Part shown: positions 19,463 through 29,256 of the stretch, piece by piece | Numbering within the stretch: the first letter of the stretch is position 1 | How the letters are laid out: each line of letters begins with the position of its first letter | Assembly (NCBI GenBank): GCA_943788935.1 | Contig: CALSSE010000001.1 | Location: 87,269-151,268, forward strand | Length of the DNA stretch: 64,000 nucleotides | Reading direction: 5' to 3' | Source: an uncultured bacterium | GTDB taxonomy: Bacteria; Myxococcota_A; Bradymonadia; UBA7976; VGTA01 | The notes under the pieces: model-generated | Seen by the model: only the letters and a program-made list of their open reading frames with translations | What the model was told of the DNA's origin: nothing | Database searches by the model: none | Position numbers and translations under genes: made by a program

Positions 19463-21957
19463 TGAGACGATCTCTCCTGGTATCTAGATTACACTTTTTT
19501 GGTCATATCTTAAACTCTACTATCTTAGGCTACATCACTTTAAGTATTAGCTTGGTAAGCATAGCTCAGGCGCAGAATTCTCAGCCGAAAGAGATGGGTG
19601 ATGGTCAACTTAGCGCTGATCAAACAAAAAAGGTTGACCCATTGGCTTGTCAAGGTCAATGGGGAGGACATTGGTCTCCGTCTCGTGGAGATCAGGCTTC
19701 TTCTTGTGAATGTGTAGTTGGCGAATCGACATGGTCACTGATCTCCCGAGAACCGCTTACGACACAGAGCGTAAAGGAGCAATGCATAGCGCTATGTAAA
19801 GAAACAGCAGTGCCTACTCCTAAAGGAAAGTGCGGTCCATTAGCGGCAGTCTTGGCTAAAGCGATAAGTTATCCTGAGAGCAAACGGGAAGCAGTGAGTG
19901 AGACTCTTCATGGAGAGACCATCAGCGACCCATACCGTTGGCTGGAAGACGATCGTAGCGAAGAAACAGGAGAGTGGGTTAAGCGACAAAATAAACTCAC
20001 TCGCCAATATCTCGACACTCTGACACAACGCGACACCTTAAGAGCTAAGATAGAGGGTGTATGGAACTATGCTAAGATGTCTACGCCTACTCTCGTAGGG
20101 GACGCGGAGACAGGGCGGCTCTTCTACACCTATAATACTGGGTTAGAGAATCAAGCAAAGCTCTATACACGCTCAGTAAGTGAATCTCATCGCGAGGCGC
20201 GAGTGATCCTTGACCCCAATACTCTCTCCGAAGATGGAACAATCGCCTTAAAGCTCTATAAACCGAGCAAGCGAGGACACTATCTCGCTTATCAGTTCGC
20301 TAAAGGCGGCTCAGATTGGGTAGAGGTTAAAGTTCGTGATGTCCGCGCAGGCCAAGATCTAAAGGATCACCTCAAGTGGATAAAATTCAGTGGGATCACT
20401 TGGGATAAGGAGGGAAATGGATTTTATTACAGTCGCTATGATGCTCCGGATGAGGGCTCAAAGCTGACCGAGGTTAACGAATATCAAAAACTTTACTATC
20501 ATAAGCTAGGTCAAGATCAGTCTATGGATCAGTTGATCTATGCCCGTGCCGACCATAAAGAGTGGGGTTTTGATTCTGAGGTGAGCGAAGATGGGTCGTT
20601 GTTGATCATCACCATATGGCAAGGTGCTTCTGATAAGAATCAGCTCTTTTACAAGCGCCTAGATCAAGAGGGAAGCCCTGTGATCCCCTTAATCTCGGAG
20701 TTTAATCATAGTTATCGTTATCTAGGTAATGAAGGTGAGACCTTATGGTTGCAGACCGATCGTGACGCTCCTCGCGGTCAGGTAATCAAGATGCAGCTCA
20801 ACCAAGCTGACCCCTCAGGGTATACCACTGTTGTCCCCGAGCAAGCAGAGGCCCTCACCGACTCACAACTCATCTCTGATCGCTTGGTTCTTCATTACCT
20901 AAAAGATGCTAGCAGTCAGGTGAGGTTCTTTAATCTCTACGGCTCGTCTCAAGGGCAGCTTCCTCCTTTAGGTGTAGGGAGCATTGGGGCGCTCAGCGGT
21001 GGACGTGATAGCAATGTGAGCTATTTCTCATTTAGGAGTTTCTCTCAACCGACGATGATCTATCGATTCCATCACTTCACCCGATCGCTTAAGGTCGTCT
21101 TCCGACCAAAGTTAGATATAGACACTAGCGTCTTCAAGACCGAACAAGTGTTCGTGACCTCCAAAGATGGAGCTAAAATCCCTGCTTTCATTATCTCCTC
21201 GACTCAAGCGAAGGTCACGGGACCTCGTCCAACAGTGCTCTATGGATACGGTGGGTTTAATATCTCACTTACGCCTTATTTTAAGCCCGACCTCCTGCCT
21301 TGGTTACAACAAGGCGGAGTATATGTCGTCGCGAACCTAAGGGGGGGTGGTGAATATGGTGAGGAGTGGCACAAGGCAGGCATGAGAGATCAAAAGCAAA
21401 ACGTCTTTGATGATTTCATCGCAGTCGCTGAGTGGCTCATTGAGTCCAAGCGCACTCGCGCCGACCTCTTGGGGATTTATGGAGGCTCTAACGGAGGTCT
21501 ACTCGTTGGTGCTTGTGCTCAGCAACGACCCGACCTTTATGCTGCAGCCATGCCTGCGGTGGGAGTGATGGATATGCTTCGCTTTCATAAGTTTACTATC
21601 GGATGGGCATGGATTCCTGAGTACGGAGACCCTTCTTCGGCGAAGGACTTTCCTTTCCTGAGAGCATATTCTCCATTGCATAATATGAAAGAGGTTCGTG
21701 CACCAGCCACCTTAGTCTTGACCGCTGATCATGATGATCGAGTGGTCCCCGCACACAGCTTTAAGTACATCGCGACCCTTCAGGAGACTCACCGCGGAGG
21801 AGGGCCGACGCTGATCAGAATTGATCGTCAAGCGGGTCATGGGGCAGGGACTCCCACCGCCAAGCGGATTGACGCTGCTGCCGACCGATGGGCCTTCTTT
21901 GCTCACCACCTCAAGCTCGCTAAAGAAGTGATGACACCCTCTGGTTTGGAACATTAA
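19462..21957 (+). CDS. Prolyl oligopeptidase (peptidase S9A) with signal peptide and Cys-rich N-terminal extension
   Basis: DPYRWLE, catalytic GGSNGG, DHDDRV and AGHGAG. Start overlaps the fum stop. Confidence 0.95.
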   Translation: MRRSLLVSRLHFFGHILNSTILGYITLSISLVSIAQAQNSQPKEMGDGQLSADQTKKVDPLACQGQWGGHWSPSRGDQASSCECVVGESTWSLISREPLTTQSVKEQCIALCKETAVPTPKGKCGPLAAVLAKAISYPESKREAVSETLHGETISDPYRWLEDDRSEETGEWVKRQNKLTRQYLDTLTQRDTLRAKIEGVWNYAKMSTPTLVGDAETGRLFYTYNTGLENQAKLYTRSVSESHREARVILDPNTLSEDGTIALKLYKPSKRGHYLAYQFAKGGSDWVEVKVRDVRAGQDLKDHLKWIKFSGITWDKEGNGFYYSRYDAPDEGSKLTEVNEYQKLYYHKLGQDQSMDQLIYARADHKEWGFDSEVSEDGSLLIITIWQGASDKNQLFYKRLDQEGSPVIPLISEFNHSYRYLGNEGETLWLQTDRDAPRGQVIKMQLNQADPSGYTTVVPEQAEALTDSQLISDRLVLHYLKDASSQVRFFNLYGSSQGQLPPLGVGSIGALSGGRDSNVSYFSFRSFSQPTMIYRFHHFTRSLKVVFRPKLDIDTSVFKTEQVFVTSKDGAKIPAFIISSTQAKVTGPRPTVLYGYGGFNISLTPYFKPDLLPWLQQGGVYVVANLRGGGEYGEEWHKAGMRDQKQNVFDDFIAVAEWLIESKRTRADLLGIYGGSNGGLLVGACAQQRPDLYAAAMPAVGVMDMLRFHKFTIGWAWIPEYGDPSSAKDFPFLRAYSPLHNMKEVRAPATLVLTADHDDRVVPAHSFKYIATLQETHRGGGPTLIRIDRQAGHGAGTPTAKRIDAAADRWAFFAHHLKLAKEVMTPSGLEH

Positions 21958-21969
21958 GAGATACTCACG

Positions 21970-24432
21970 GTGAAGACTCGCGGGAGCGGCACAGTGAGCG
22001 CTGACTTGAGTATCGATCTTAAGACTCATTCAAGATATCCCTGTCGGGTCATACATAGTATGATCTTACCGATACTCCTCTTAGTGATCTTAAGCGCTTT
22101 AAGAGTCGATGGAGCACCGAGGCCAGAAGATGTAATAGGCTCATCTCCCAACTCGATGACTTCTCCTCCATGGCGATCTCTCTCTTGGGCTCTCGCTCAT
22201 CACACTGTCACTCATCAGTCACTTGAGCCACGCACTTATAGAGGAGACCAAACTCAAAGTGAGCGAGGTACTCTCATCGGTCAACGTTCTCGGGCTTATC
22301 TCTCACAGCCATTTTCACTTAAGGCAGAGTGGGAGGCATGGGTAGAAGTTCATGCTTTACTCTCTGACCCATTATCTATCCCTGATGGGGTACTAAACAG
22401 GAGTATAGTTAAAGGAAGGGCTTATAGAGGTGGTGAGTACAAAGAGCTCATATGGATGAGGAAGTCTTTTGCATGTAGTCACTGGCAGCGATATGAGCGC
22501 TTTGTTGAGCTCTCTCCAACGCTTCATCAGACGGCAGATCTCAGTCAGAGCTGTCCACAGCTCTCTCAATACCTCACTGACTATGGCGAGGCTAATATAG
22601 AATTACTCTTCATTGGAGATCTCACAGAGGATCCCGCCTCCGCTTTTGGGCACATGTTGTTAGGTGTTGAGGCTCACTCATCATCTATCGCTTTGCAGCG
22701 ATCGATGATTCTCTCTTTCTCGGTGCCCTCCATACAAGGAATGTGGCATGCGCTCCGTCTTCTATTTACAGGCGGAGAAGGTGTTTATCAATTCACTGAC
22801 CTGATCCAAACTTTGGAACGGTATCGCAACGGAGAGCGGAGAGATATCTGGCGTTATCCGCTAAAGCTCTCTTCGGTTGAGAAGAGAAGAGTACTCATGG
22901 GGATCTGGTCTCTCACCGGACTCAAAGAGACCTATACCTTTGCTGGTGATAACTGCGCATCGAAGATCTCTCTTCTGATGGCTAACGCGACTCAAAACTT
23001 TGACTTATATTCTAAGCTACCCTGGCCAAGAGCACCTCTTGAGCTTATCACTCTTTTTGCTCAAGCAGGATATCTCGCTCCACCTCATTATTTACCAAAC
23101 CCCATAAAGAGACAACGAGGGATTGAGGCTCTACTCGCTAAGCTCAGAGATCAATCATTACTCGATCAAACTGTATTTGATCGGTTAGCTCTTGAGGGAA
23201 AGCTCAATGAGCGAGCGATCAAAGAGGGAGAGGTTATGACCGAAAGAGGTGAGCGGTCAAAGAGAGAGAGAGAGGTCCTGTCTAATGAGCGAGCAGCGCT
23301 CCTACAGAGGATGGTCGTCCAAACTCCTCCGCGGGTAACTACAGTGACAAAGTTCCACATTATTAGTGAGAGCGCACCTCCTCATACAGCGACCGCTTAC
23401 CCTGAGTTGAAGTTAGGTATAAGGTGGAGAGAAACTAGCTCGGATAATGGGCACCAGCTTCTCTATGCATCTCCACTAAGCTACGCCATAAAGGGTCGTT
23501 GGCGAGGACAAGGCTTTGATGAACGGATCGGAATTGGTCAGATGTCTGATCGCGAATGGTCTCTGCTCGACCTCTCAGTTTTCGCTCTTCAAGACCCTCG
23601 CTTAAGAGGTGGAGAAGTGAGGGGACAGAACTCCTTGGTAAATGAGGCAGATGAGACAGTGAGACATACCACACGCCGATTATTACTAGGGCGGCTCTCC
23701 TTATTACAGATTAAGCAAAGGACACTCAGTGATGATGGATCTTGGTCATGGGATTTTCACTTAGCGTATGAGAGTGGTTTTTTCGCCCATTACTTATTAG
23801 GGAAGACTTGGGGGACATCTCCCTTAATCAGCGAATCTCTTTCATCTCTATCTAAATCTGAACAAGGGAGAGAACTCAGTGAGAAAGGGTTGAGCGCTCA
23901 TCAAGATCGAAGTCAACTCTTCTCTTGGCTCCCCGTCTTCCCCTCATCTTATTACTCAAGAGTCGCTAGAGGTAATATGTTCTCGTTATCACAGTGGCGA
24001 CTGTCACTCTTGGGAGGGACCACTCTTTTGCCCTGTCATCAGCTAACCTCTCTCTTGATAACTGACCAAAAAGGATTTTGCCTCAAAGAGGAGACACCCT
24101 TCTCTCTCAATCTCACTATAAACCTTCGAGGTGTTGTTCCGGTCTCTTCATGGATGAGTATGTATATTGATCATGCCTCAAGTGTCCAAAGCCTCTCTAA
24201 TAATAAAAGCCCGTTCTCTACACACCGAGATCACCTGTTTAACAATGATCTAACCATCTCATTCCATCCGACTTTTAGCCCTGACTCCAACTTTTGGGGT
24301 CTCTCTCTGTATACCCAAGTCGTTCACAGAGTAAGCCTTTATTATAATGTATCAGAGCGTTTGTCTCCTTCAGTCAGTGCGAGTAGAGAAGCGTCAACAA
24401 CACTCTCGATGGGTATACAAATAAATCGATGA
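21970..24432 (+). CDS. DUF4105 (Lnb_N-like) domain protein with probable C-terminal beta-rich/barrel region
   Basis: PASAFGHMLL, RDIWRYPL and YTFAGDNCAS match the DUF4105 GH and NC motifs. The true start is probably downstream of 21970. Confidence 0.72.
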   Translation: MKTRGSGTVSADLSIDLKTHSRYPCRVIHSMILPILLLVILSALRVDGAPRPEDVIGSSPNSMTSPPWRSLSWALAHHTVTHQSLEPRTYRGDQTQSERGTLIGQRSRAYLSQPFSLKAEWEAWVEVHALLSDPLSIPDGVLNRSIVKGRAYRGGEYKELIWMRKSFACSHWQRYERFVELSPTLHQTADLSQSCPQLSQYLTDYGEANIELLFIGDLTEDPASAFGHMLLGVEAHSSSIALQRSMILSFSVPSIQGMWHALRLLFTGGEGVYQFTDLIQTLERYRNGERRDIWRYPLKLSSVEKRRVLMGIWSLTGLKETYTFAGDNCASKISLLMANATQNFDLYSKLPWPRAPLELITLFAQAGYLAPPHYLPNPIKRQRGIEALLAKLRDQSLLDQTVFDRLALEGKLNERAIKEGEVMTERGERSKREREVLSNERAALLQRMVVQTPPRVTTVTKFHIISESAPPHTATAYPELKLGIRWRETSSDNGHQLLYASPLSYAIKGRWRGQGFDERIGIGQMSDREWSLLDLSVFALQDPRLRGGEVRGQNSLVNEADETVRHTTRRLLLGRLSLLQIKQRTLSDDGSWSWDFHLAYESGFFAHYLLGKTWGTSPLISESLSSLSKSEQGRELSEKGLSAHQDRSQLFSWLPVFPSSYYSRVARGNMFSLSQWRLSLLGGTTLLPCHQLTSLLITDQKGFCLKEETPFSLNLTINLRGVVPVSSWMSMYIDHASSVQSLSNNKSPFSTHRDHLFNNDLTISFHPTFSPDSNFWGLSLYTQVVHRVSLYYNVSERLSPSVSASREASTTLSMGIQINR

Positions 24433-24446
24433 TCAAATCCAATAAG

Positions 24447-24707
24447 TAAATAGCTCAGCTGAGCTATTTAAATGGACCAGCCTAGTTAATGATCATACTG
24501 AGGCAGGGTTAACGAGACAGGGTTAACGAGGTTTATTATCGCTTGAGTGAGTAAATAGCTCAACTGAGCTATTTAAATGGACTGATTTGGAGATGTGTTT
24601 TCGAAGGGCTCCCTATAAGTCTCTAATAGATAAATAGCTCAGTTGAGCTATTTAAATGAAGCAGACCTAGGATCTTGAACAGATAAATAGCTCAGCTGAG
24701 CTATTTA
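24447..24707. repeat. Four copies of the 24-bp palindrome TAAATAGCTCAGCTGAGCTATTTA (REP-like cluster) between convergent genes
   Basis: Copies at 24447-24470, 24552-24575, 24631-24654 and 24684-24707. Copies 1 and 4 are perfect; copies 2 and 3 carry one central mismatch. Confidence 0.95.
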
Positions 24708-26431
24708 TCCATAAAGAGTTCACCTTCAAAGAACTTGATCAGCTCGGTTCGATCAAGTAAGCGAGCGGCGGCGAGACTTAGCGCGAGGTAAGCATGCACC
24801 ACCACTTCTTTGGTAGGGTTACCCTTCACAGCCCCCCTTAAAGCGATTAAATGAGCCTCTATTGTATTGAGGTCTCCTCTCATGAGCGGTCCGGTAAGTT
24901 GTTCCTTGAACACTTGTAGCGGTGTGTGGGGGTCTTCATTTATAAGAGTATTCGTTGATTGATTATTGGTCGAAGTCTCAAGGTCGTTGAGATAGGCGCT
25001 CAATGCAGAATGGTATAAATGCTGGACAGCGGCTCGAGCCTCTCTTCGAGGTATTCCGATTTCTTCAAGTAAGAGCTCGCTAAGCGAGAGAGGTACCATG
25101 GACAGATTCGCTCCGATAACTGCCGCGGCATGATAGAGGAGACGATGATCCTCGTTAACAACATCAGGGCAGGAGTCAGAATATTTTTCTGCCAGTTGTT
25201 CTTGTTTATCTAGAGCTGAGTTGGCCAAAGAGGGTAGGTTGAGAACGTTCCCCTTGAGATCATTAACGAGACTTGAGAGGAGCTCATAAGCGGTGGCATG
25301 ACCCGTGATGAAATAAGCAACTCCATGAAGAGCCTCAGGTGGGGTTTGCGAAGTTTTAAACGAATAAAGTGGGTGACATTGAGCCGTTTGCATTCCCCAT
25401 TTTTTAAGAGGTTCTAATCGCCTTGGAGAAGCGATTCCTGAGCAGTGAGCAACGACTTGAGGAAGTGGGGAGTTATTTCTTGAGAGCTGGGAGGGTCGCA
25501 GAGAAGAGAGCAGAGAGGATAACAGCGAGGAGATCGGTTCGATTTTGTCATCTCTCGAGGCGATGAGCCAAAGGTCATAAGAGGAGGCTTTGGCAATTAA
25601 TGATCTCAAATCATCAATCGCCTCTCTCTCTTTGAGCGCGAGGAGCTCTCTGAGGCTGACCGAGCTTACTCTGAGTCCTGCTCCCCTTATTGCCAATGCT
25701 AAACTTCCTCCACAGCGACCTCTTCCCCAAATAAAAACCGAGGGCCTCTTGGTCTGTATTGAAGGCTCATGAGGATGAAGCGCGCTCTCCTCAGAGATGG
25801 GCTGCGAGGGGTTACTATACAGACGCGAGATCTCTTCTCTCAAGAGATGAGGGATCCAACTAAGCGGAGGCATCTCCCACTCTTGCTGTTCGATAGGTAA
25901 ACTCAGATGAGTTCTGATCTCACTCGATGAAACAGAGGGGAGGGCCGGCCCAATATCAAATTGAAGAGAGCTTTGGGCATTGATCATTGAGCTCTCATGT
26001 CCTGGGCGGCTCATTACGATTAAAGGCCATCGGTTACAGAGCTCATTAAATCGATACCATTTATGGGAGACTGATAAGTTGTCTGAACCGATGACTAACT
26101 TAAAGAGGGTTTCGGGGTAACGCTTAGAGAGCTCTTCTAACGTGTCATAAGTTCTCCCACTGAACATGGGTTCACTCTCTATTTCGCATATATGGACGTT
26201 CTGCATTGAAGCGCATGCCCGCCTAAGCAAGTGAGCTCTCTCTTCAAACGGACGCATGTTCTTGTTAAAGACATGCTTAAATGAAGGTAAGAACCACACC
26301 TCATCAATGTCAGCTCTAGTGATCAAGTAAGTCACGGTGAAGAGGTGAGCTAGGTGAGGTGGATTGAAAGCACCACCAAAGATAGCGATCGTTTTGGGTC
26401 GATGCTGATTAATCATCGACTTGATGACCAC
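24701..26431 (-). CDS. nadD: Fusion of nicotinate-nucleotide adenylyltransferase (NadD) with a Rossmann-like/DUF2520 (PanG-like) domain
   Basis: N-terminal FGGAFNPPHLAH, TYDTL, VIGSDN, SSSEIR. C-terminal IWGRGRCGGSLA, VAHCSG, CHPLYSF, YHAAAV, LTGPLMRGD..TI.AHL. Confidence 0.85.
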   Translation of the reverse strand: MVIKSMINQHRPKTIAIFGGAFNPPHLAHLFTVTYLITRADIDEVWFLPSFKHVFNKNMRPFEERAHLLRRACASMQNVHICEIESEPMFSGRTYDTLEELSKRYPETLFKLVIGSDNLSVSHKWYRFNELCNRWPLIVMSRPGHESSMINAQSSLQFDIGPALPSVSSSEIRTHLSLPIEQQEWEMPPLSWIPHLLREEISRLYSNPSQPISEESALHPHEPSIQTKRPSVFIWGRGRCGGSLALAIRGAGLRVSSVSLRELLALKEREAIDDLRSLIAKASSYDLWLIASRDDKIEPISSLLSSLLSSLRPSQLSRNNSPLPQVVAHCSGIASPRRLEPLKKWGMQTAQCHPLYSFKTSQTPPEALHGVAYFITGHATAYELLSSLVNDLKGNVLNLPSLANSALDKQEQLAEKYSDSCPDVVNEDHRLLYHAAAVIGANLSMVPLSLSELLLEEIGIPRREARAAVQHLYHSALSAYLNDLETSTNNQSTNTLINEDPHTPLQVFKEQLTGPLMRGDLNTIEAHLIALRGAVKGNPTKEVVVHAYLALSLAAARLLDRTELIKFFEGELFMDK

Positions 26432-26446
26432 CGAGCGTGAGGAGAC

Positions 26447-27835
26447 TCATTTTCCTTTTGTAAGCCCGATATATTTTTTGACTTGACTCTTCTCTTTACC
26501 TGTCTGTGCATATTTCCGAGCTGAAGACCATTCCTGGCGGGCTTTGCTGTAATTCTTCTGCTTGAAAGCCTTCATCCCTCTCTTAATATACGCACCAAAA
26601 CGAGCTTTCTTCTGTTTTGTCGTGAGAGACCCCTTCTTCTTAACGGCGGCTTTCTTAACGGCGGCTTTCTTAGCGGCGGCTTTCTTAGCGGCGGCTTTCT
26701 TAGCGGCGGCTTTCTTAGCGGCGGCTTTCTTAGCGACAGCTTTCTTAGCGGCGGCTTTATCAGCGGTAGCTTTCTTAGCGGCGGCTTTATCAGCGGCGGC
26801 TTTATCAGCGGCGGCTTTATCAGCGGCGGCTTTATCAGCGGCGGCTTTATCAGCGGCGGCTTTATCAGCGGCGGCTTTATCAGCGGCGGCTTTATCAGCG
26901 GCGGCTTTATCAGCGGCGGCTTTATCAGCGGCGGCTTTATCAGCAGCTTCTTTATCAGTAGCTTCTTTATCAGTAGCTTCTTTATCAGTAGCTTCTTTAT
27001 CAGTAGCTTCTTTATCAGCAGCTTCTTTATCAGTAGCTTCTTTATCAGCGGCGGCTATACTAGCAGCTTCTTTATTAGTGGTGGTTTTCTCTTCAATAAC
27101 GGTTTCATCAGCACCGAAATCGGTATAAGAATAATAAGTGACTACCGCAGCAGTAACCGCTAAGAGTCCCCCCAAGATAAAGGGGAACATATTGACCCGG
27201 TTTGGTTGTTGGTCGTCCACATAGGCGATATCTGAGTCAAACCAATCAACTTGTTTAACATTCAGAGTGTTTGCTATTGGAGTCAAATGGTCCGGCATAG
27301 GAGTTACGATCTCTTTGAGGATCGGGCTGTTAGAAGCGGGCTTGGCCAGTGTACTCGATTCACTGCTTACGGCGGACGTCTGTAATGGCTCAGCTGATCT
27401 AACTCTAAATACTGGGTCGGCTTTGTCAGCAGCGGCTTTGTCAGCAGCGGCTTTGTCAGCAGCGGCTTTGTTAGCAGCGGCTTTGTTAGCAGCGGCTTTG
27501 TCAGCAGCGGCTTTGTCAGCAGCGGCTTTGTCAGCAGCGGCTTTGTCAGCGGCGGCTTTGTCAGCAGCGGCTTTGTCAGCAGCGGCTTTGTCAGCGGCGG
27601 CTTTATCAGTAGCGGCTTTGTCAGAAGCGGCTTTGTCAGAAGCGGCTTTGTTAGCAGCGGCTTTGTCAGCAGCGGCCTTTGCGTGCTCCTCTCTCTCCCG
27701 ATCAAGAGTAGCTCTCATCTCTTCAGTCATGACGAAGCCAGCAACAGTTCTAGCGAGCTCAGGAGGCTTCTCTTTTTTTGAAGGAGTGGCCGGAGCATCG
27801 GATGAGTTAAGCGCAGTTTTGGACTCTTTTTGCAT
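26447..27835 (-). CDS. TolA-like low-complexity single-pass membrane protein with (AADKA)n/(AAKKA)n repeats and C-terminal TPR-like helices
   Basis: Two repeat blocks flank the TM helix [20 protein letters not shown]-terminus [17 protein letters not shown]. Confidence 0.7.
   Translation of the reverse strand: MQKESKTALNSSDAPATPSKKEKPPELARTVAGFVMTEEMRATLDREREEHAKAAADKAAANKAASDKAASDKAATDKAAADKAAADKAAADKAAADKAAADKAAADKAAADKAAANKAAANKAAADKAAADKAAADKADPVFRVRSAEPLQTSAVSSESSTLAKPASNSPILKEIVTPMPDHLTPIANTLNVKQVDWFDSDIAYVDDQQPNRVNMFPFILGGLLAVTAAVVTYYSYTDFGADETVIEEKTTTNKEAASIAAADKEATDKEAADKEATDKEATDKEATDKEATDKEAADKAAADKAAADKAAADKAAADKAAADKAAADKAAADKAAADKAAADKAAADKAAAKKATADKAAAKKAVAKKAAAKKAAAKKAAAKKAAAKKAAVKKAAVKKKGSLTTKQKKARFGAYIKRGMKAFKQKNYSKARQEWSSARKYAQTGKEKSQVKKYIGLTKGK
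26630..27060. repeat. Coding 15-bp tandem array (about 28 units; DKEAT to DKAAA to KKAAA)
   Basis: Units such as CAGCGGCGGCTTTAT and TAGCGGCGGCTTTCT read directly. Confidence 0.93.
27417..27680. repeat. Coding 15-bp tandem array (about 17 units; AADKA)
   Basis: Units CAGCAGCGGCTTTGT read directly. Confidence 0.93.
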
Positions 27836-27928
27836 CTGAACTTTTCTCGGAAGGTGTCTACATACTGAGTGGGATCAGCGATTAATCGAAAGGAAGATTT
27901 AATACATTAGGTATCAAATAGTGGTTCA

Positions 27929-27952
27929 AGAGTCACGTTGTAAGATGACTCT
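27929..27952. promoter_or_regulatory. Inverted repeat AGAGTCA-N10-TGACTCT in an AT-rich divergent intergenic region; candidate operator
   Basis: Perfect 7-bp arms seen in the sequence. Function is inferred only. Confidence 0.35.
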
Positions 27953-28291
27953 ATAAACGATACTGAAAGACATAAACACTTTTATATCATCGTACATACT
28001 CTATCTCAAAGAGGAAAACTCGAGTTAAAGAGGGTTATGTTGTATCTTACTTGTATTCAACAAAAAAACATACTCAAGATCGATACTTTTACCCTGTTCC
28101 TAGAGATACTTTTAAGTGGGCACATTATGACCAAAGGTCTGACCTCGAGGGAAATCGACGTTATGCGAAACCGCCACGAAGGTCTTTCATCAAATAGGTA
28201 TTACATCTTTCTTGTGTAGTGTTCTTGCGTTCAAACACTCACCTGTAATAGACTTTTTTGGCACGATCGTACAAAGAAGAGAGCAATATTT

Positions 28292-29203
28292 ATGTCCGCT
28301 CAAAGTATAAAGCCTCAAGCTGAGTCAACCGTTAATGTGTCCCAAGACACGATTCCTTATCAAGAGTACCTACTCCGAGTCCTCTTCGCGAGCTTTCAAC
28401 CGGCTGTACGTCTTGGTCTTGAGCTCAATTATCCTTTGGACACCATCAAAGAGATGATGACCTTAGCTCTGTGGAAGGAGGCTAAGGCCAAACATAACAC
28501 CATTAACCTCATCTCACTCATATTCGGCAAGTCAACTAGAACGCTGAAAACCCTCTCGGCACGATACAATAGGGGACGTTTCTTCCAACAGAGTGAGATG
28601 AACCTTTGTAGACAAGTAGAAGACTTGCTTCAGAAAAGACCGATGTGTCTCGAAGAGCTCTCTAGGCGTCTCCCCCACTACAATGAGTTTGATGGCGCCT
28701 CTCTGGCCATACAGATGTTGCTGAAGACCGGTCGAGTAGAAGAGGAACTCCGAGAGGGTAAAGTTGTCTACATCCCCATCACTCGCCATCATAATCTATA
28801 CAGTGATGATTGGGAAATGAGAATAGATGCTTTATCCGAGCACAGTGCAGCAATCTCAGAGACTCTCAGGCTTAGGTTTCTTGAGTCAACCCCCGACCCT
28901 CGAACGATGGCGCGAACTTTCACTTTTCAAGCGAAAGAAGAAGACATTGTTGCTTTTCAAGAGGAGCTGCTCGATTTTATAAGAAAACGATATCGAGAGT
29001 TAGAAAAAAGTGCACTCGAGCATCAAGAGTCGGATGACCCTTCATCTTTCGAGGAAAACAGTGATGAGGCGACCCTATCTTCTCAGGTCTTCGATCAAAG
29101 ATCTAATCCTATTGCTGAAGAGATCGCTTCTGCAGTGTCAAGTTTTTCACTATACCTAGGGGTCACACCTACGCCTAAAGTAATAGGGACCCCCGATCAG
29201 TAA
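28292..29203 (+). CDS. DUF6502-like putative DNA-binding (HTH) protein
   Basis: QPAVRLGLELNYPLDTIKEM...ISLIFGKSTRTLK resembles the DUF6502 N-terminus. Second HTH-like segment and an RTFTF...FQEEL C-terminus. Confidence 0.5.
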   Translation: MSAQSIKPQAESTVNVSQDTIPYQEYLLRVLFASFQPAVRLGLELNYPLDTIKEMMTLALWKEAKAKHNTINLISLIFGKSTRTLKTLSARYNRGRFFQQSEMNLCRQVEDLLQKRPMCLEELSRRLPHYNEFDGASLAIQMLLKTGRVEEELREGKVVYIPITRHHNLYSDDWEMRIDALSEHSAAISETLRLRFLESTPDPRTMARTFTFQAKEEDIVAFQEELLDFIRKRYRELEKSALEHQESDDPSSFEENSDEATLSSQVFDQRSNPIAEEIASAVSSFSLYLGVTPTPKVIGTPDQ

Positions 29204-29256
29204 CCCGATCCAAGTACGATGATATTAAGATAGAAGACTAATCAACTCGTTAGGAA

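Noticed and set aside
24447-24707. CRISPR array interpretation of the palindrome cluster
   Set aside because: Gaps of 81, 55 and 29 bp are too unequal, the repeat is a full palindrome with no GAAA(C/G)-type end, and there are no cas genes or leader in the window.
26562-27839. Antisense and alternative-frame ORFs (AALSA)n and (TKPLL)n
   Set aside because: Shadow frames of the 15-bp arrays in the AADKA protein.
28259-28273. Sigma-54 promoter TGGCACG
   Set aside because: The -24 element matches, but the -12 position reads TACA instead of TTGC.
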